From Octopus sinensis (lineage: Eukaryota): 64,000 nt of DNA. The notes under the pieces were generated by a model that made no database searches, was not told where the DNA came from, and saw only the letters and a list, made by a program, of their open reading frames with translations. Where the stretch lies: the NCBI RefSeq assembly GCF_006345805.1, contig NC_043002.1:310001-374000 (forward strand), read 5' to 3'. Below, in pieces: positions 50,170 through 64,000 of the stretch (position 1 is its first letter; each line of letters opens with the position of its first letter). Both the position numbers and the translations under genes were made by a program.

Positions 50170-51131
50170 CACTGTAATCATCTTCCACTTCCCACCTTTG
50201 TCGGAGCGGCTTTCGGTGAAGGATGTAGTTCGATGCTACATCCCTGTTTTGAGTTCCCTGCTTAGATATTGGCTCATCCGGTATCTCGGCGAGCCAGGGG
50301 TCATGTTCACCTTTGAAAACGTCTACATCCACACCATGGAGGCTCCTCAGATGCTTCGGCAGAGTTAAACATCTGTGGGCCCTTAAAATCCAAGCTATTG
50401 CAGTACATGGGGAAAGCAGAGACGTCCTGTTCGTGGTCTGGTATAGCTCTTTATTTCAAAGTTTGGTACCAGTCCTTCCAATATCTTCCATATATCACTG
50501 CATACCTCTCCCGCCTTCGTTTCAGGGAATAGAGTCATAGCTCTTTCAATTGTTCCATTGATGCAACTTTCTTTATGTAATGTCGTTGGACTGCTTCAAG
50601 CTCTGCTATCGTCCATGTATAAGGTGACCATAGCAGAGAGCAGCAGTCCAGGCGACTGAGGATAAATGACTCCCATAGTGTCATCATAGCTTCTTGGTCC
50701 CATGTCCAGAATGTTCTCAGAATCCGACCGGCCAGTCTTCTGGCAACTGCTACCATTTTGTTGATATGTGTGTGAAACGAGGCATTGTTGCTCATTTCTA
50801 TTCCAAGATCACACACCGTATTTGATTCTGGGATTGTTGCTCCACTTGGTCCAACGTACTAATGTCGTGATTCCTGAGCAGTGCTTAACTGGTAGCGGAG
50901 GGCCTGGAATTTACTTGCATTAAATTGCATGTTGTTATCCTCAGCCCATGTATAGATGGCATCTAGATCTTTCTGTAAGAGCGTAGCATCAGAGGTTTCC
51001 TTGACTGACTGTGCGACTTTTGTGTCGTCGGCATAGCTAGTAAGCATGACTGCTTCTGTCATTGATGGCATATCCGATAGGGCTACCATGAAAAGCAGTG
51101 GCCCCAGCACAGTGCCCTAGGGCACTCCACT
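50170..51131 (-). mobile_element. CR1/L2-group LINE 3' fragment
   Basis: SGVP*GTVLGPLLF..SYADDTKV..WAEDNNMQFNASKF; DLGI; SRLDCCSLLWSP; IPDEP. Confidence 0.85.
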
Positions 51132-51169
51132 ATATATATGTATATATATATATGTATATATATATATAT

Positions 51170-51356
51170 AAATACAGTGTACATTTAAACACATAAGAGG
51201 TATCCTTCATAGGATTCCTTTCATGCTAGAAGGAACAGCTAAAGTCCAAACCACTATTAGGGATAAAAACTTGAAAGGAATGAAAGATAAAAACATTTAC
51301 CATCTATTTCCTGGACCATGGCTACTCTTATGTGTTTAAATGTACACTCTATTTAT
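51170..51356. repeat. Short inverted repeat (~30-bp arms)
   Basis: aaatacagtgtacatttaaacacataa / ttatgtgtttaaatgtacactctattt. Confidence 0.6.
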
Positions 51357-51484
51357 ATATGAATAATATATAGTCTATTGGCTAATTTTTCTACATGCTA
51401 GGCCACAGGTAGTAAAAATTTCTAAAATTTTTATTACCCTGATATTATTAATTATTAATAATTTTTTTTCTGGAGAATTGCATA

Positions 51485-51695
51485 GGCGCAGGAGTGGCTG
51501 TGGTAAGTAGTTTGCTTACCAACCACATGGTTCCTGGTTCAGTCCCACTGCATGGCACCTTGGGCAAGTGTCTTCTACTATAGCCTCAGGCCAACCAAAG
51601 CCTTGTGAGTGGATTTGTTAGACGGAAACTGAAAGAAGCTCGTGTATATGTATATATATATGTGTGTTTATGTTTGTCCCCCCACCCCAGCATCA
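51485..51695 (+). mobile_element. tRNA-derived SINE, 5' part
   Basis: ggcgcaggagtggctgtggtaagtag..ggttcagtccc. Confidence 0.82.
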
Positions 51696-53358
51696 CATGT
51701 CTTTTTAGACCTCCAACTGAGAGGCACACTTTTCCATATTTTACACATGTTCTGTTGTGAATTTTAATAGCCACATCATTGTTTATCATCAGTTGATCTC
51801 TTTGAGAATTTTGATGGCCCACCTGGCCTGCACGGCTCAGGCCCACCTGGCCTGCACGGCTCAAACACCTCCACCTACAAACCACATTAAAAGTAACACT
51901 CTCACTTTCCACAGGTTCCCCACTTCTAAGCCCCCTCCCAATTCTCTCATACTTCACTCTCTCCCTCCCAAACCTTGAACAGCCATCATGTACTATCTTC
52001 CTCCATCCATCACAGTCTTGTGCCTCCCTCTCCCAATTGCCAGCTGTAATTCCTGTCTGTATTAAAGCATTTTAAAGGCAATCCTTAAACCTTAGTTTAG
52101 GCTTATGTGCTGGTCTCCTGCCATCATCCAGCTCACCATAAAATAGCTGCTTGTGTCCCCCCCCCACCTCAAATGTCTTTGCAAAATCATTGACTCTATA
52201 CTTCTACTGCCACTCCTCTCAAGCACCTCCACTTTACTAATGGCCATTTTCCAGTTTATCACCAAAATTTTTGTCAGACAGTATTGATGAAATCTTCCAA
52301 TTGCCTTACCTGCCTACGGTAAACAACCCATGCCTCACTTCTATATAGCGAAGATGGGAGGACGCATGTGTTATATACCTTAACTTTAATTTATGAAGAT
52401 ATATTATGTTTCCACAGACGCCCATCAAGCCTGCCAAAAGCACTACTAGCCCTGCTGATTCTGTATGAAGTTTCATCATTAAGACCAGCAGTGCTCAAGG
52501 TACTTCCTAAATAAATAAATCTAGGTACAGTCTCTAACCTTTGACCATTCACAGTTATAAAAGGTTCCACATACATCTTGGAGGGAGCAGACTGTACATT
52601 TGTACATTATAACAGTTCTTTTTAGATTGATTGTTAGACTACATGGTGCAGAAATTGCATTCACCATGTGCTGCATATCTTTCTGAGACTGTGCCAACAG
52701 GTCACAATCATCTGTATACAGAAACTCAACAAGGTGAGAATGCAGAACTTTCATTTTGGCAAAGTCTTTTGGGATTGAACAGATTTCCTGTTGTCCTATA
52801 TCTTATATAGACCCCCTTCAAGGCGATCTTTAAAAGCTTTTTGAAAGACTATTGCGAAATATATAGCAAACAGTGTTGGAGCAGGAATATCACCTTGCTT
52901 TACACCATTTTCTATAGAAATTGGATCTGATAAGGTACCTTCAACACTAACTCTTCCATCTTGTCTTGAAATTGTCTAAGCATTCTCACAAATTTTTCAG
53001 GGTATCCTAGCTTTTTTAGTATCTCCCAAAGTGCAATTCTGTTGATAGAATCAAAAGCATTTGTTAGGTCAATGGAAACCTGGTGTAAGGGTCCACATCC
53101 TGTTCAATGCACTTGCAACTGTCTAGCTGAAAATATATCCATGGTACTCCTACTATCTCTAAACCCACATTGCGATTCTGGTAGAACTTCATCAGCAATG
53201 TGCTGAAGCAGTCTATCCAGCATTACCCTACAGAGGACCTTTCCGGCAACAGCTAACAGACAGATGCTGCGATAATTATAAGACATCATTTCCACCTTTA
53301 GATTTATATAGTATCTCCATAGTTGTATCATGCCAATCTGGAAGAACCTCTTCACTTT
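51696..53358 (-). mobile_element. Old RTE LINE fragment related to 8253-12433
   Basis: VLPESQCGFR, LYTDDCDL, FIYLGS..RISRASSAFGRL, C-terminal finger CGKVCLSVGGLKRH-like. Confidence 0.85.
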
Positions 53359-55640
53359 GCCAAACCCTCTGAATCACATCCGTCAACATTGCACAAAGAT
53401 ACTTAATTTATGGTCTAATTCTTTCCTGGTTGTAGACTGGTTCAATTCTATCGATAATAAACTGAACGCTAAATTTATCCATTTTGATATCTGTAGCTAT
53501 TATTCCTCTATCAATCCCATCTTCCTTAATAAAGCCCTATGGTTCTCACATAATAAAGCCAGCCTAACCAGGGATGAAATTAATGTTGCCCTAGCAGCTA
53601 GAACATCTATCATCCAATTTGATAACAAACTTTGCATTCGTAAGGATTGACCTGAATGCTTTGATATCCCTATGAGAAGTAGCGTTTTAGCCCAATTTTC
53701 TGATTTGGTTGGTATTTATAGCCTATCAGAATTGGCAGACCAATTCCCATATATACTCAGTGGTTTATATTGTGATAACTGCCTCCTTTACCTACAAAAA
53801 TACCTCTAATCAAAAACTACAAAAGGTTAAATGCAATCTAGTCAAATTCTTTAGTAATAAGGGCCTAAGTATTACCTTTGATGATGATAGAACTTAGGTT
53901 AACTTCCTCAATCTTACTCTAAACTTAAATGCAGCCTTGTGTTTTCCCTACCATAATCTTTCAACAAACCTGAAATACATCAGCATTTTTAGTAACCACC
54001 CTACCAATATAACAAAAAAAAATTGGTTAAAAACATCTCACTTAGAATATCTAAATCATCTGCCAACAAAACCGTTTTCAATAACACTGATTTCTATAAT
54101 TCAGCTTTATATAAAGCAGAATATAAGGAACACATTAAATACTATATAACAACCTTGCCCCTATCTCTTCCTCTAATCATTTGGTTTAATGCAATAACGC
54201 TATTGATAATAATTATAGTAGTAATAATAACAATAATTATACTAATAACAATAGTAATAATACTTAACAACAATACTCCCATTGTTCCTCCCAGAGTCAA
54301 TAATTCAAATATCCCATTTCATCAGAATATCCCTAATCCTTACCTTCATAATTTTAAAAACAAAGGGAAGTAACTATACTCCTCCATTCTTTTTACACTT
54401 CTTTAAAAATAAGATTAGGTTTTTTTTAATAAAAAATCTCAGCATGAATCACGTAACACTAGTAAAAGTATCTAGCTGATTATTCCATACGGAAAACAAG
54501 TTAAAATAACAGGCATTTGCCATATTCTGAACGCCTTACTTCCCTGGAAACTCCGACGTCTGGCAGCTGACTTGGCAGACACCCATAAAATTATCAAACA
54601 TCTTACAAACAGTAACTCTGAGCACCTCTTCAAACTCCACCCATCTAACACCCGTGGACATATTTACAAAGTCAGAAAACAGCACAGCTCCCATGACTTT
54701 AGGAAACATTTTTTCACGCTGAGAGTTGCTGAAGCACGGAACAAACTGCCGGCATCAGTTGTTAGTTGTCGGAGCACTGCATCCTTCAAAACTTCCATGC
54801 TTTCTGAGATTCGCCAACACTACACCTGATTTCCTCCCCTCCATACACACACAAGCATGTATCTGACTCATGCATTGTTTGCTTTCCAGACATTTGTACG
54901 TTACTGCATACACTTTATGCGCACTTTCTGAAAAGTTGTGGTGCACCTGAGCACTGTATACAATAATTTCATTATTATTATTATTATAACCTTATTTCAT
55001 CAAGCTATCGAAAGGAACTTTCCTATTAAAATTCCAGGTAGCACTCAATTTTCAACACACTATATCGTAATTGGTTTCTCTAACACCAATAATCTATTGA
55101 AGATTATATCATAACATAACAGCTATATTCTAAAAGGTAACAGAGTCTCTCTTAATAATTGTAATAACATTAATAATATTAACAATGACCTCTCCTTAAA
55201 TTATAATATCAATGATATTAGACCTTGCAAGTGTGGACTGAATAAAACTTGTGTCCTCAATGGCAATTGCCATATTAAAAACATCATTTACCAATGCAAG
55301 ATTACCTCTGGAACTAAGGAATTTTTTTATATTGGATTATCTTCTACGGATTTGAAATCCCATTTGGCGAAACACTTTTCCACCTTTAGATAGTTGTAAG
55401 CAAAATTCAGCACCTTAAAGATTCTAACAAACTTTTTTCTTTACATTGAAAAATGTTTATCTAGATCATTCCCCTATGACAAAGGGAAATCTTTCTGTTG
55501 TCTTTGTACGGACAAGCAACTATCTAGCCTCTTTTCTAAACATAAACTGGTAAACACTTTGAATGACTTTACAGGTGTTCACTTTGGAAAAAACACTTTC
55601 GCTTTTTTCAAACAGTATCTAATCCTTACTTAATAATAAT
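53359..55640 (+). mobile_element. Penelope-like element relic (RT plus C-terminal GIY-YIG)
   Basis: WFNSIDNK..FIHFDICSYYSSI..FDIPM..SDLVG; NFLNLTLNL; SNHP; CKCGLNKTCVLNGNC..NIIYQC..FYIGLS at 55226-55345. Confidence 0.82.
54500..54988 (+). mobile_element. CR1-type LINE 3' end nested in the PLE
   Basis: LELRRL..NTRGHIYKV..RKHFFTLRV..NKLP; (ATT)n tail. Confidence 0.82.
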
Positions 55641-56174
55641 TCCTGCAACTTATCTTTATTCTTACTTCCCACTTCATCTTTTTTTCCCATTCCTCTCTCT
55701 CTCGTTTCCCCCTCCCTCTTCATCTTTACTGTTTCTTCTCTCACCCTATGGCATCTATTTCCTCAGCAGCATTTTCAAATTTATAGTGTTCCCTTCACTA
55801 CTTCGCTTTCCATATGTGGTATGTTTGTAGTTGTTCCTGTATGTATGTATATTTATGTATGTGTGCGTCTGTGTTTATGTGTGTACATGTCTATACACAT
55901 ATGTATATGTATGTGTGTATATACATGTGTAGCAGTTTGATTTGTTAGCAATGTCATTGTTTAGCACCAGACAAATGAGGCTATCCTCTGGAGCTGTAAA
56001 ATTGTGGAGCCTATATGAATAACATACACGAAATTACTTAATTCAATTAAAAACTCAAAAGAGAGTATTTGAGATCACTCAGACAGATGAAGGATGTAGG
56101 TGGGATGTGGTCACAATATAACAGCGAGGTTGATGATTGCTATTTTCTTTTTATTGTTTTTAGATTTATCCAAG

Positions 56175-56285
56175 ATGGCCACAGAACGTCAACCTCGACA
56201 TAATGCTGGAAATCGAATGGCAAAGTTGTTAAATGAAGAAGAAGAAGATGATTTTTACAAGAACACTTATGGTGGCTTTAATGAT
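56175..56285 (+). CDS. VPS72: VPS72/YL1 first coding exon
   Basis: MATERQPRHNAGNRMAKLLNEEEEDDFYKNTYGGFND, cf. human RKTAGNRLSGLLEAEEEDEFYQTTYGGF; acceptor ends 56163, donor gtatgt. Confidence 0.93.
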
Positions 56286-57329
56286 GTATGTTTTACAAGA
56301 ACTTCTATGATATTTATTTTCTCTTAAATGTTTTCAACAGAAATAATCAATTACTAAATGTTATTAATTTAGAGGTGAACTGATCTAATGAGTAACATTG
56401 GTATTGACCTGCATCTACTAGTTTCTCTCTACCAAACGCAATTCGTTATGTGTATGAACAGATATTTAGTTGTACTTGTTTTACTTTACCAAACTCTGGA
56501 GAGTACAAGTCCTTTTCATACCAAACCACACAAGACTGCTCTGGATTCTACAGTGCAGACTTATTGGTTTAATGTGATCTAAATTAAAATTTCATGTTAA
56601 TTTATGATCCAAACATTAGCTTAACGAGGATCAAGTTATTTTACTATATTCTTCGTTATTTCAGAAATAATTGTGAAAAAAGTATTTAAACAGAAAGATG
56701 ATTACAAAAAGGTTAAGAATGACTGCTATGTTCTGCAGAATACTAGTAAATTACCTATTTCCAACATTGGTACACTGACGTTCATCAGTATGGCTTCTTC
56801 TTTACTTTTTACACTAATTGACCCTATTTTGACAAAAATTGTTTGCTTCAGCATCCAATGACATTTCAAACTTCAAATGTCACCTTATAAACTAGAATAT
56901 TTCTCAATATACATCCCAATAGTATTCTGTTGCCTTGATCTTTTAATCCATTTACTTTTCAGGAATTTGTTTTTAGAAAAAGTGTCCTACTTTGCCAATT
57001 GGATATATCTTGATGACAAGTGTTGGAATAGTTCATTTCTTTTTCACTTCAATCGTGGTTTTATATTTTTACTGTTTCAATTGATATTTGCATTTTGGCT
57101 TCTTTCTAGTGTCTAGTTGGAATTGTTTATTTTACTTAAACATTTGCTTTCAGAATTGGAATAAAACTTTTGTTTTGGTTAGTTAGTCAGATAATAAGTG
57201 TATTGTCCAGGGATCACACCACATTGACTGTAGTAAGACTTGAACTTCAAACAATGTGGTTAGTAATACAACATTAACCTCACAGCTATTGGGGCCTCCT
57301 AGATACATCACACCATTCATATCTTTCAG

Positions 57330-57482
57330 GAAGAGGATGACATTGACTTCCAGTCTGAAGACTCTGAATCTGATGAGGTTGACTCTGACTTCAGTATTGA
57401 TGAAGATGATGAAATACGCAGTGATATAGATGATGATGATGAACCGAAACGCAAAAGAGGAATTCACACCAAAGCTTACAAG
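57330..57482 (+). CDS. VPS72: VPS72/YL1 coding exon 2
   Basis: ctttcag|EEDDIDFQSEDSESDEVDSDFSIDEDDE..PKRKRGIHTKAYK|gtaaga; DEVDSDF.IDE and TKAYKEP are YL1 motifs. Confidence 0.93.
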
Positions 57483-58809
57483 GTAAGAAAGATTCACACA
57501 AAAACTTACAGAAATATTTAACAGAATTAGGAGCACCACCGATCCCTAATAATAATATCTATGGCTGGTGATCGTCATGACAATAATGGCCATCCTCATT
57601 ATCATCTCTATTTTAACATGTATTTTCCATAACAACTAGAAATGCTCTGCATCACAGCAGATCTTTATTTCTCTCAGCCCTCTACCATAGCATGCTTAGA
57701 TCTGAGTTTTCTTTTTACTTTTTTCTACATGCAAAGCCACCCGCTAATGGTATTGAAAGGTTAAAGCATGAAAGTAAGTGCAGGTGTGTTGGTGAAGGAG
57801 ATAAAAGGAAAGTAGTGATGGGGTACTCTCAAGGTAGAAGAGGGTGAGACAATGGATCATGAGAAGGGTTGAGAGTGAGTACTTTCATAAGAGAGTGAAG
57901 GAGAGTAACATAGTTAAAGATGGGGTGGAGTAGAAGCAAATACAGTAAGTGATGAACAAGTGTGGAGGTGCAGTTGGAAGCAAATACCAATATGGAGAGG
58001 GGTAAGATGAGAGAAAGAGGAATAGAACAGAAAGTAGTGGGTTGGTGTGCAAGGTGTGTTAGAGCTTTGGAGAGTGGGAGATATAGAGATACATTAGGGG
58101 TTGTGATGATAGGTATGAAAAAGCACTGAGAGTGATAGCAGATAAGAGAGGTATAAGAGCAGATGGAGTATCGTAAAGGGGAGAGAGAGGGCAGTGGCTG
58201 AAAGCATAGCAAAGAGGTGATTGGTAGAAATAGTGTAGGCAAAGATGATAATAGGGACTGGAAAGGGTTCCCTGCAGGAGTTCATAACCACCAAAAAGGG
58301 GAGGTGGATGTATGTGCTGAGTTTGCTCTCAGTTGATTAAAGCGTATGATTAGGAACTCAGATTGGGTGTGAGAATTGGGGGAAAAGCGAGGCAGGGGCA
58401 GGGCTCTGCATGGAAGAGCATTCCAGGTGGTTTTAGGAAATCAGATTTGCTGTGATGGACACGTCTTCTCGATTACAGCAAATTGCCAATTAATCATTAA
58501 TTATATAGTGGTTTTTTTTTAATACTCTTAAGAACACAAGATAGTCATGTTTTGTCTTTGATCAGAAGTTTTCTGAGTTGGTTCTGATCTAGAGCTAAAC
58601 ATTATTTCATATTTCAACTTATGGTTATTATTTTTGTCATCACTCTTTTCATGTATCCCCATCCCCTTCACCTTTTTGTACCATGTGAGTACATCCTGGC
58701 ACTTTCTTCACTCCTTTTCCTGCTGGGGTGGCCATGGTTCTTGTCGACAGCAAGCCACTTTCTAAACCTCTCAACACCTGATGTAAGCCAATTCAATCAA
58801 GAAGTCTTA

Positions 58810-59103
58810 TTTTACAAACCACTTGGTGACCTCACTAGTGCAGGTGACACAAGAAAAGCATTGAGGACATTGTAAAGTGGTTGGTATTAGGAAGAGCATC
58901 CAGCCATAGAAACTATGTTAGAGCAGAAACACTGGAGTTCAATGCAGTCCTCTGACCTCTGACATCTGACCAACAGAAATACGAACAGAAAATAATAATG
59001 ATGATGACAACAACAATATACTTTAACATTACACTTCCTTTTAGTCATCATACATGGAAAGCGGACGCTAAACGATGATGATGATGATGATGATGATGAT
59101 GAT
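58810..59103 (+). mobile_element. RTE 3'UTR fragment(s), old
   Basis: ggtattaggaagagcatccagc...ggacgctaaacgatgatg. Confidence 0.6.
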
Positions 59104-60421
59104 ATTATCATTTTCTTGGTCATCAATTAACTTTCTTTCAGTGTTTTTTTTTATCTGGTTTAGAGGGCTTCTGAGACTGGTGGCATGAAGTTATCCTCAC
59201 ACCTACACTCCTTGCTCTTATGCTTGCAATGACACATAAAGGTACCCAGGTGCTTTTTAAACCAAGTACTGGACATTATTTGGCTAATGCAGTATTTCAG
59301 CATATGTTTAAATGTCTTTCGCTTATTTTTTATAATGTTTTGTCTTCATCTTTTCTCAAGTCTGTTAAGGAGTTAAATATATTCAAAGTGTGTTGTACAA
59401 TGTTAGGTTTTTTTCTGTACAACATTATGGCTTTGAACTGTGATTGGCCTTTGTTCTTTTCATTTCTTACTTGACTTGTTCAGATGTGGTGCTATGTTTT
59501 GTTTATTAACTCTGTAAAATGCTATCTTTGTGAAACACAAAGAGAGAGAGAGAGGTGCCTTCCAGAACTTAGTTTTTCTGAAACCCACTGGACTCAAATA
59601 TCCACATATGCACAACTGGACTCTTTGCCTTCCAAATACACTCCCACCACCTTTCATCTCTCTAACTGCTGCTTTCCCATGATGCCACTAATTTTTCTTA
59701 CTAACTGGAACCATTTCACTTGATGTCCATTCCACCTATATTTAACGTTGACCCTTCTAAGTTCTTTCACCATCTCTCACTTCACATGTCTACTGTATCT
59801 TCACTACTGCTCAAGTACTTTTCACCCCCATCATCAAAAGTCTCACTCACCCCTTATCCACCAGCCTCACCCCTTATCCAATCTCTTCTGTTCTCACCTT
59901 CATTTTCCCTACTTCTACTAAGTACTTGTTTTTCACCCCCTTACCCATTCTCCATCCCTCACTTTCCCATATACTTTTGCAACTTCTACTTACTTCATAC
60001 CTTGATGGTTCACACACACACACACACACACACGTCATCACCCCTATTCTTATCTCATCCTAGCTCCACCCCAATCCTTTCTTCTAAAATGGGAGTAGCC
60101 ATGCAGCCCCTCAGCAGTAAGACATCTCTTCCACTCTGGCTTTCTTACTTGAATCCGTTGCCTCTTAGCATAAAGATACTTGTCTTGCAGTTGAAAACCT
60201 TGTAAGCTGCAATCTCACAAGTGCTGATGGAAACAATGCCAAAGTAGATGATGGGGCATGATAATGATACAGTCCTTGGACCCTTTGGTCAACTGTTTAT
60301 TTCGTACCAGCATGAAATGTGGACACTAAATGATGGTGATTGGGAAATTGAACAATCTTTTAATCATTTGTTAAAATGTAACACCAGAAGATTTATATTC
60401 TTCATTTTCTTGTTTTCTTAG

Positions 60422-60516
60422 GAACCAAAAAAAGCAAAGGAGACAACCAAAATTAAACTTAAACTTAAGAAAGCTGAACGACCATCTTTACAAATTTACC
60501 AGTCGAATTCAGGAAA
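60422..60516 (+). CDS. VPS72: VPS72/YL1 coding exon 3 (3' boundary uncertain)
   Basis: ttttcttag|GAA CCA completes KAYK-EP; candidate donor AA|gtattg. Confidence 0.75.
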
Positions 60517-60720
60517 GTATTGTATTTGCTACTGTATGAAATGGTGCCAGATATCCACTTTGTTAAGAAGTTTGCTTTGCAAATTGAAGTTCATATATTT
60601 GTAAACAAATGGAAAAACAAATCATAAGCTACGTGATTTTAGGTGTTTCTATTGCACATGGAACTTAGTATACAGAACTGTTTGAAAGCCTGTTGCTTGT
60701 GTGTGTATTTATGTGTGTAG

Positions 60721-62775
60721 GAAAGCCTCCAGCCCACCAGGAATCACTGCTGTGATGCTTAAAATATCTGGCAAAGTAGGATGTGGCTTTATTACCCTTA
60801 TAGTAAATCATGTTGTCCATGAGGGAGTCATACCCAACCATTGGTATAGCAACAGTATAGTCAACTGCTACAAAGGTAAAGGTGATGCCTTAGACAGAAC
60901 TAATTGCAGAGGCATCAAATTGCTTGATCAGGTGATGGAAGTCACAGAAAGGGTCATTGTTCAATTAATTAGGGACAGAATTAGTGTAGATGAGATGCAG
61001 TTTGGTTCTGTGCCAGACAGGAGCATGACTCATGCTATACTCCTGGTTAGGCAACTGCAGGAAAAGTATTTAGCCAAAAATAAACCTCTGTACTTGGCTT
61101 CTGTTGACATGGAGAAAGTCTTTGACAGAGTCCCTTGCTCCCTTATCTGCTGGTCAATGCAGAAGCTAAGGATAGATGAGTGGTTAGTGAGACTAGCACA
61201 AGCCATGTATAGAGATGCTGCTACCAGTAAGGTTAAGGTTGGCAATTTCTGAGTATAGCAATGAATTCAGTGTACAGGTAGGAGTTCACCAAGGCTCAGT
61301 TCTCAACTCCCTCTTGTCCACCAGGTCTTAACAGAGGAATTCAAGACCAGCTGTCCCTGGGAGTTCCTCTGTGCTGATGACCTGGAGAAGGAATTTCAGG
61401 TGTGGAAACAAAGCCTTGCAAAAACCAAAGTCCTAGTAAGTAGGAAAATAAACAAATCACAAGTCCCTTCTGGGAAATGGCCCTGCTCAATATGTAAGAA
61501 GGATGTTGGTAGAAAATCCATATGTTGTACCCAGTGCAAGCTTTGGACACATAAGAGGTGTAGCAGTATCAAAGGAAGGTTAACGGAGAATGTGTGTGGC
61601 AAATTGCTGGTACAATAAGCATTAAAAATCTTCGTTTAACGTCCATTTTCCATGCTGGCATGGGTTGCATGGTTTGACTGGGGACTGGTAAGCCAGGAGG
61701 CCACACCAGGCTCAATCTGATATGGCAGTGTTTCTACAGCTGGATACCCTTCCTAACGCCAACCACTCCAAGAGCGTAGTGGGTGCTTTTTATGTGCCAT
61801 CGGCACGGGAGCCAATCAGGCGGTACTGGCATCGGCCATGTTCGGATGGTGCTTTTTACATGCCACTGGCATGGAGAGCCAGTCAGGCAGCACTGGCAAT
61901 GCCCTCTGCATGTGCAGACAATAGGCTTCCCCAAATGTTGAGGGGGATCGTTAGAAGTAGCTGATAGCTTCTGTTATCTAGAAGACCAAGTTAGTGATGG
62001 AGGAAGTTCTGAAAGTGTAGTTGCTAGGATAAGAACAGGCTGGGAAAAGTTCAGAGAGTGTCTACCTTTGTTGTGTAACTAAGGGCCTCTCCCTCAGAAT
62101 GTAAGGCAGATTGTATGATGTCTGTGTATGTACAACTATGTTACATGGCAGTGAAACATGGGCTTTGACTACAGAGGTCTTGTGACGCTCCACTGGATGG
62201 ATAATATTATTGTGTTGACACAACAGTGTAAATGATTTAAGAGGAAAACTGGGTATATGAGGCATCAGATATAGTATGCAAGAAAGAAGACTGCTGGTTT
62301 GGTCATATGATACATATAGACGAAGACAGCTGAGTAAAGAAGTGCTGAGCTCTAATTGTGGAGGGTACTTGTGGGAAATCCAGGAAGACATAGGACAAAG
62401 TGGCGAGAAAGGATCTTAAGATTCTGGGCCTCACTGAGGAAATGACAAGGGACCTGGAGATGTAATGATTCACTGTACTAGATATGTTAAGCTAAGTAAA
62501 ATTGCTGTCTTCTGCACATACAGGCTCATTCTTTCAAATGCCAATGTTGCATTAATGCACTTGTACCAGTGCTGCATAAGGACACCTGTGTCAGTGGTAT
62601 GTAAGAAGCACCCAGCACACTCTGTTAAGTGGTTGGCATTAGGAAGGGCATTCAGCTGTAGAAACCGTGCCCCAACAGATAATCAGAGTCTGGACAGCTT
62701 TGCTAGCCAGCTCCATGTCAAACTGTCCAACCCATGCCAACATGGAAAGCAGATGTTAAACGATGATGATGATGA
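60721..62775 (+). mobile_element. RTE LINE fragment interrupted by an inverted RTE 3'UTR (61632-61900)
   Basis: RT ORF 60701-61252, WPCSIC..CTQC, HGSETWA, 3'UTR with (GAT)n at 62761. Confidence 0.85.
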
Positions 62776-62799
62776 TATATATATATTTATATAATTCAG

Positions 62800-64000
62800 A
62801 TTGCTGAACCAGGTGATGAAAATTAAAGAGAGGGTCATAGTTCAACTAATTCGGAAGAGAGTCTGAATGAGCTGCAGTTTGACTTTGTACCAGGGAAAAG
62901 CACTACTGACGTTATCTTCCTGGTAAGGCAACTGCAAGAGAAGCACATTTAGCCAAGAATAAACCTCTGCACTTGGCTTTCATTGACATCTGGTATTCAA
63001 TGCAGAAGCTAGGGATAGAAGAGTAGTTGACAAGAGGTGTACAAGCCATGTACAGGAACATTGTCAGTAAGACAAAAGTTGACAATGAGGATAGCAATGA
63101 ATTTAGTGTGTAGTTAACCAAGGATTGGTTCTCAGCTCCTTGTTAATCATAGACAGGCCATAACAATGGAATTTAAGACTGGCTGCCCTTTTAAGCTACT
63201 CTACACTGATGACCTTGATCTTATAACTGAATCTCTACTAGTGTTAGAGAGGAAATTTCAGGTTTAGGAGCAATATCTGGAATCAAAGGGCTGTAGAGTT
63301 AATTTAGCAAAGACCAAAGTCCTAGTAAGTTGAAAAAAAGACAAATCACAAATAACCTTTATGGAGATGCCCCTACTTCGTAAGTAGAAAGGTGTTGGTA
63401 AAAACTCTACAGGGTGTATCCAGTGCAAGCTATGGACACAAGAGGTGCAGTGGTCTCATAGGAAGGTTAAGAGAGAAAGTAGTCTTTGTGTGTGTACAGT
63501 AACCACTAAGAATGTACAGGGAATAGATATATTGAAATGTCTGGTGGATCCTTAGGAGTAGTAGATAGCTTCTGTTAGCAGTAGAACAAGAAGTTCTGAA
63601 AGCATAGTTACTAGAACAAGAACAGACTGAGCAGAATTGAGAGAAAATTCTGTTTGTTGGTAGTAAAGGGGAGTGAAAGACAGATTGTAAGAGATCTCTC
63701 TGTACATACAGCTATGCTACGTGGCAGTAAAACGTGAACTATGACTACGGAGAGGATCTGTGAAGGATTGAAAGAAATGAAGCCAGATGGGCTTCTACTG
63801 GATGGGTAATATCAGTGTGCAAGTACAACAGAGTGTAAATAATTTGAGAGAAAAAATCAGGTGTAAGAGGCATCAAATGCTGTGTGCAAGAGAAGACTGT
63901 GCTAGTGTGGCCATGTGATGTGTATGAATGATAGCTGCATAAAGAAGTACCAATCTTTAATTGTGGAAGGAACCTCTGGAAGGGGTTGACCTAGGAAGAC
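62800..64000 (+). mobile_element. Old RTE LINE fragment running off the window
   Basis: Degenerate QVMKIKERVIVQL, LLYTDDL, GR.PRK motifs. Confidence 0.78.

Noticed and set aside
57183-57539. Minus-strand hydrophobic ORF
   Set aside because: Antisense shadow of the acidic VPS72 exon
57780-60205. L/S/P-rich ORFs in purine- or pyrimidine-skewed tracts (also 29640-29940 and 31195-31600)
   Set aside because: Low complexity with no recognisable motifs; likely ancient repeat debris

Overview
AT-rich, repeat-dense animal genomic DNA. The SINE and RTE families suggest a cephalopod, probably Octopus; this is an inference from repeat content. Two spliced host genes lie head-to-head around a CpG-rich island at ~49.3-49.7 kb. 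SREK1IP1 is on the minus strand (coding exons 37569-37596, 29023-29091, 18624-18843, 14071-14557; 267 aa, CCHC knuckle [14 protein letters not shown]). VPS72/YL1 is on the plus strand (coding exons 56175-56285, 57330-57482, 60422-~60516) and continues past the window. The rest is mostly decayed mobile DNA: many RTE LINE fragments, one near full-length RTE with three C2H2 fingers, tRNA-derived SINEs, CR1-like fragments, Tc1 and mariner relics, a Penelope-like RT/GIY-YIG relic, a CRE-clade LINE relic and microsatellites. Most notable are (i) several non-coding inverted-repeat elements carrying hammerhead-ribozyme motifs, some in sense orientation in SREK1IP1 introns; (ii) a ~6 kb 31-bp satellite wedged between the CRE RT relic and the bidirectional promoter; (iii) inverted, apparently converted and circularly permuted RTE copies bracketing the last SREK1IP1 exon. 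All calls were made by eye, with no database searches.
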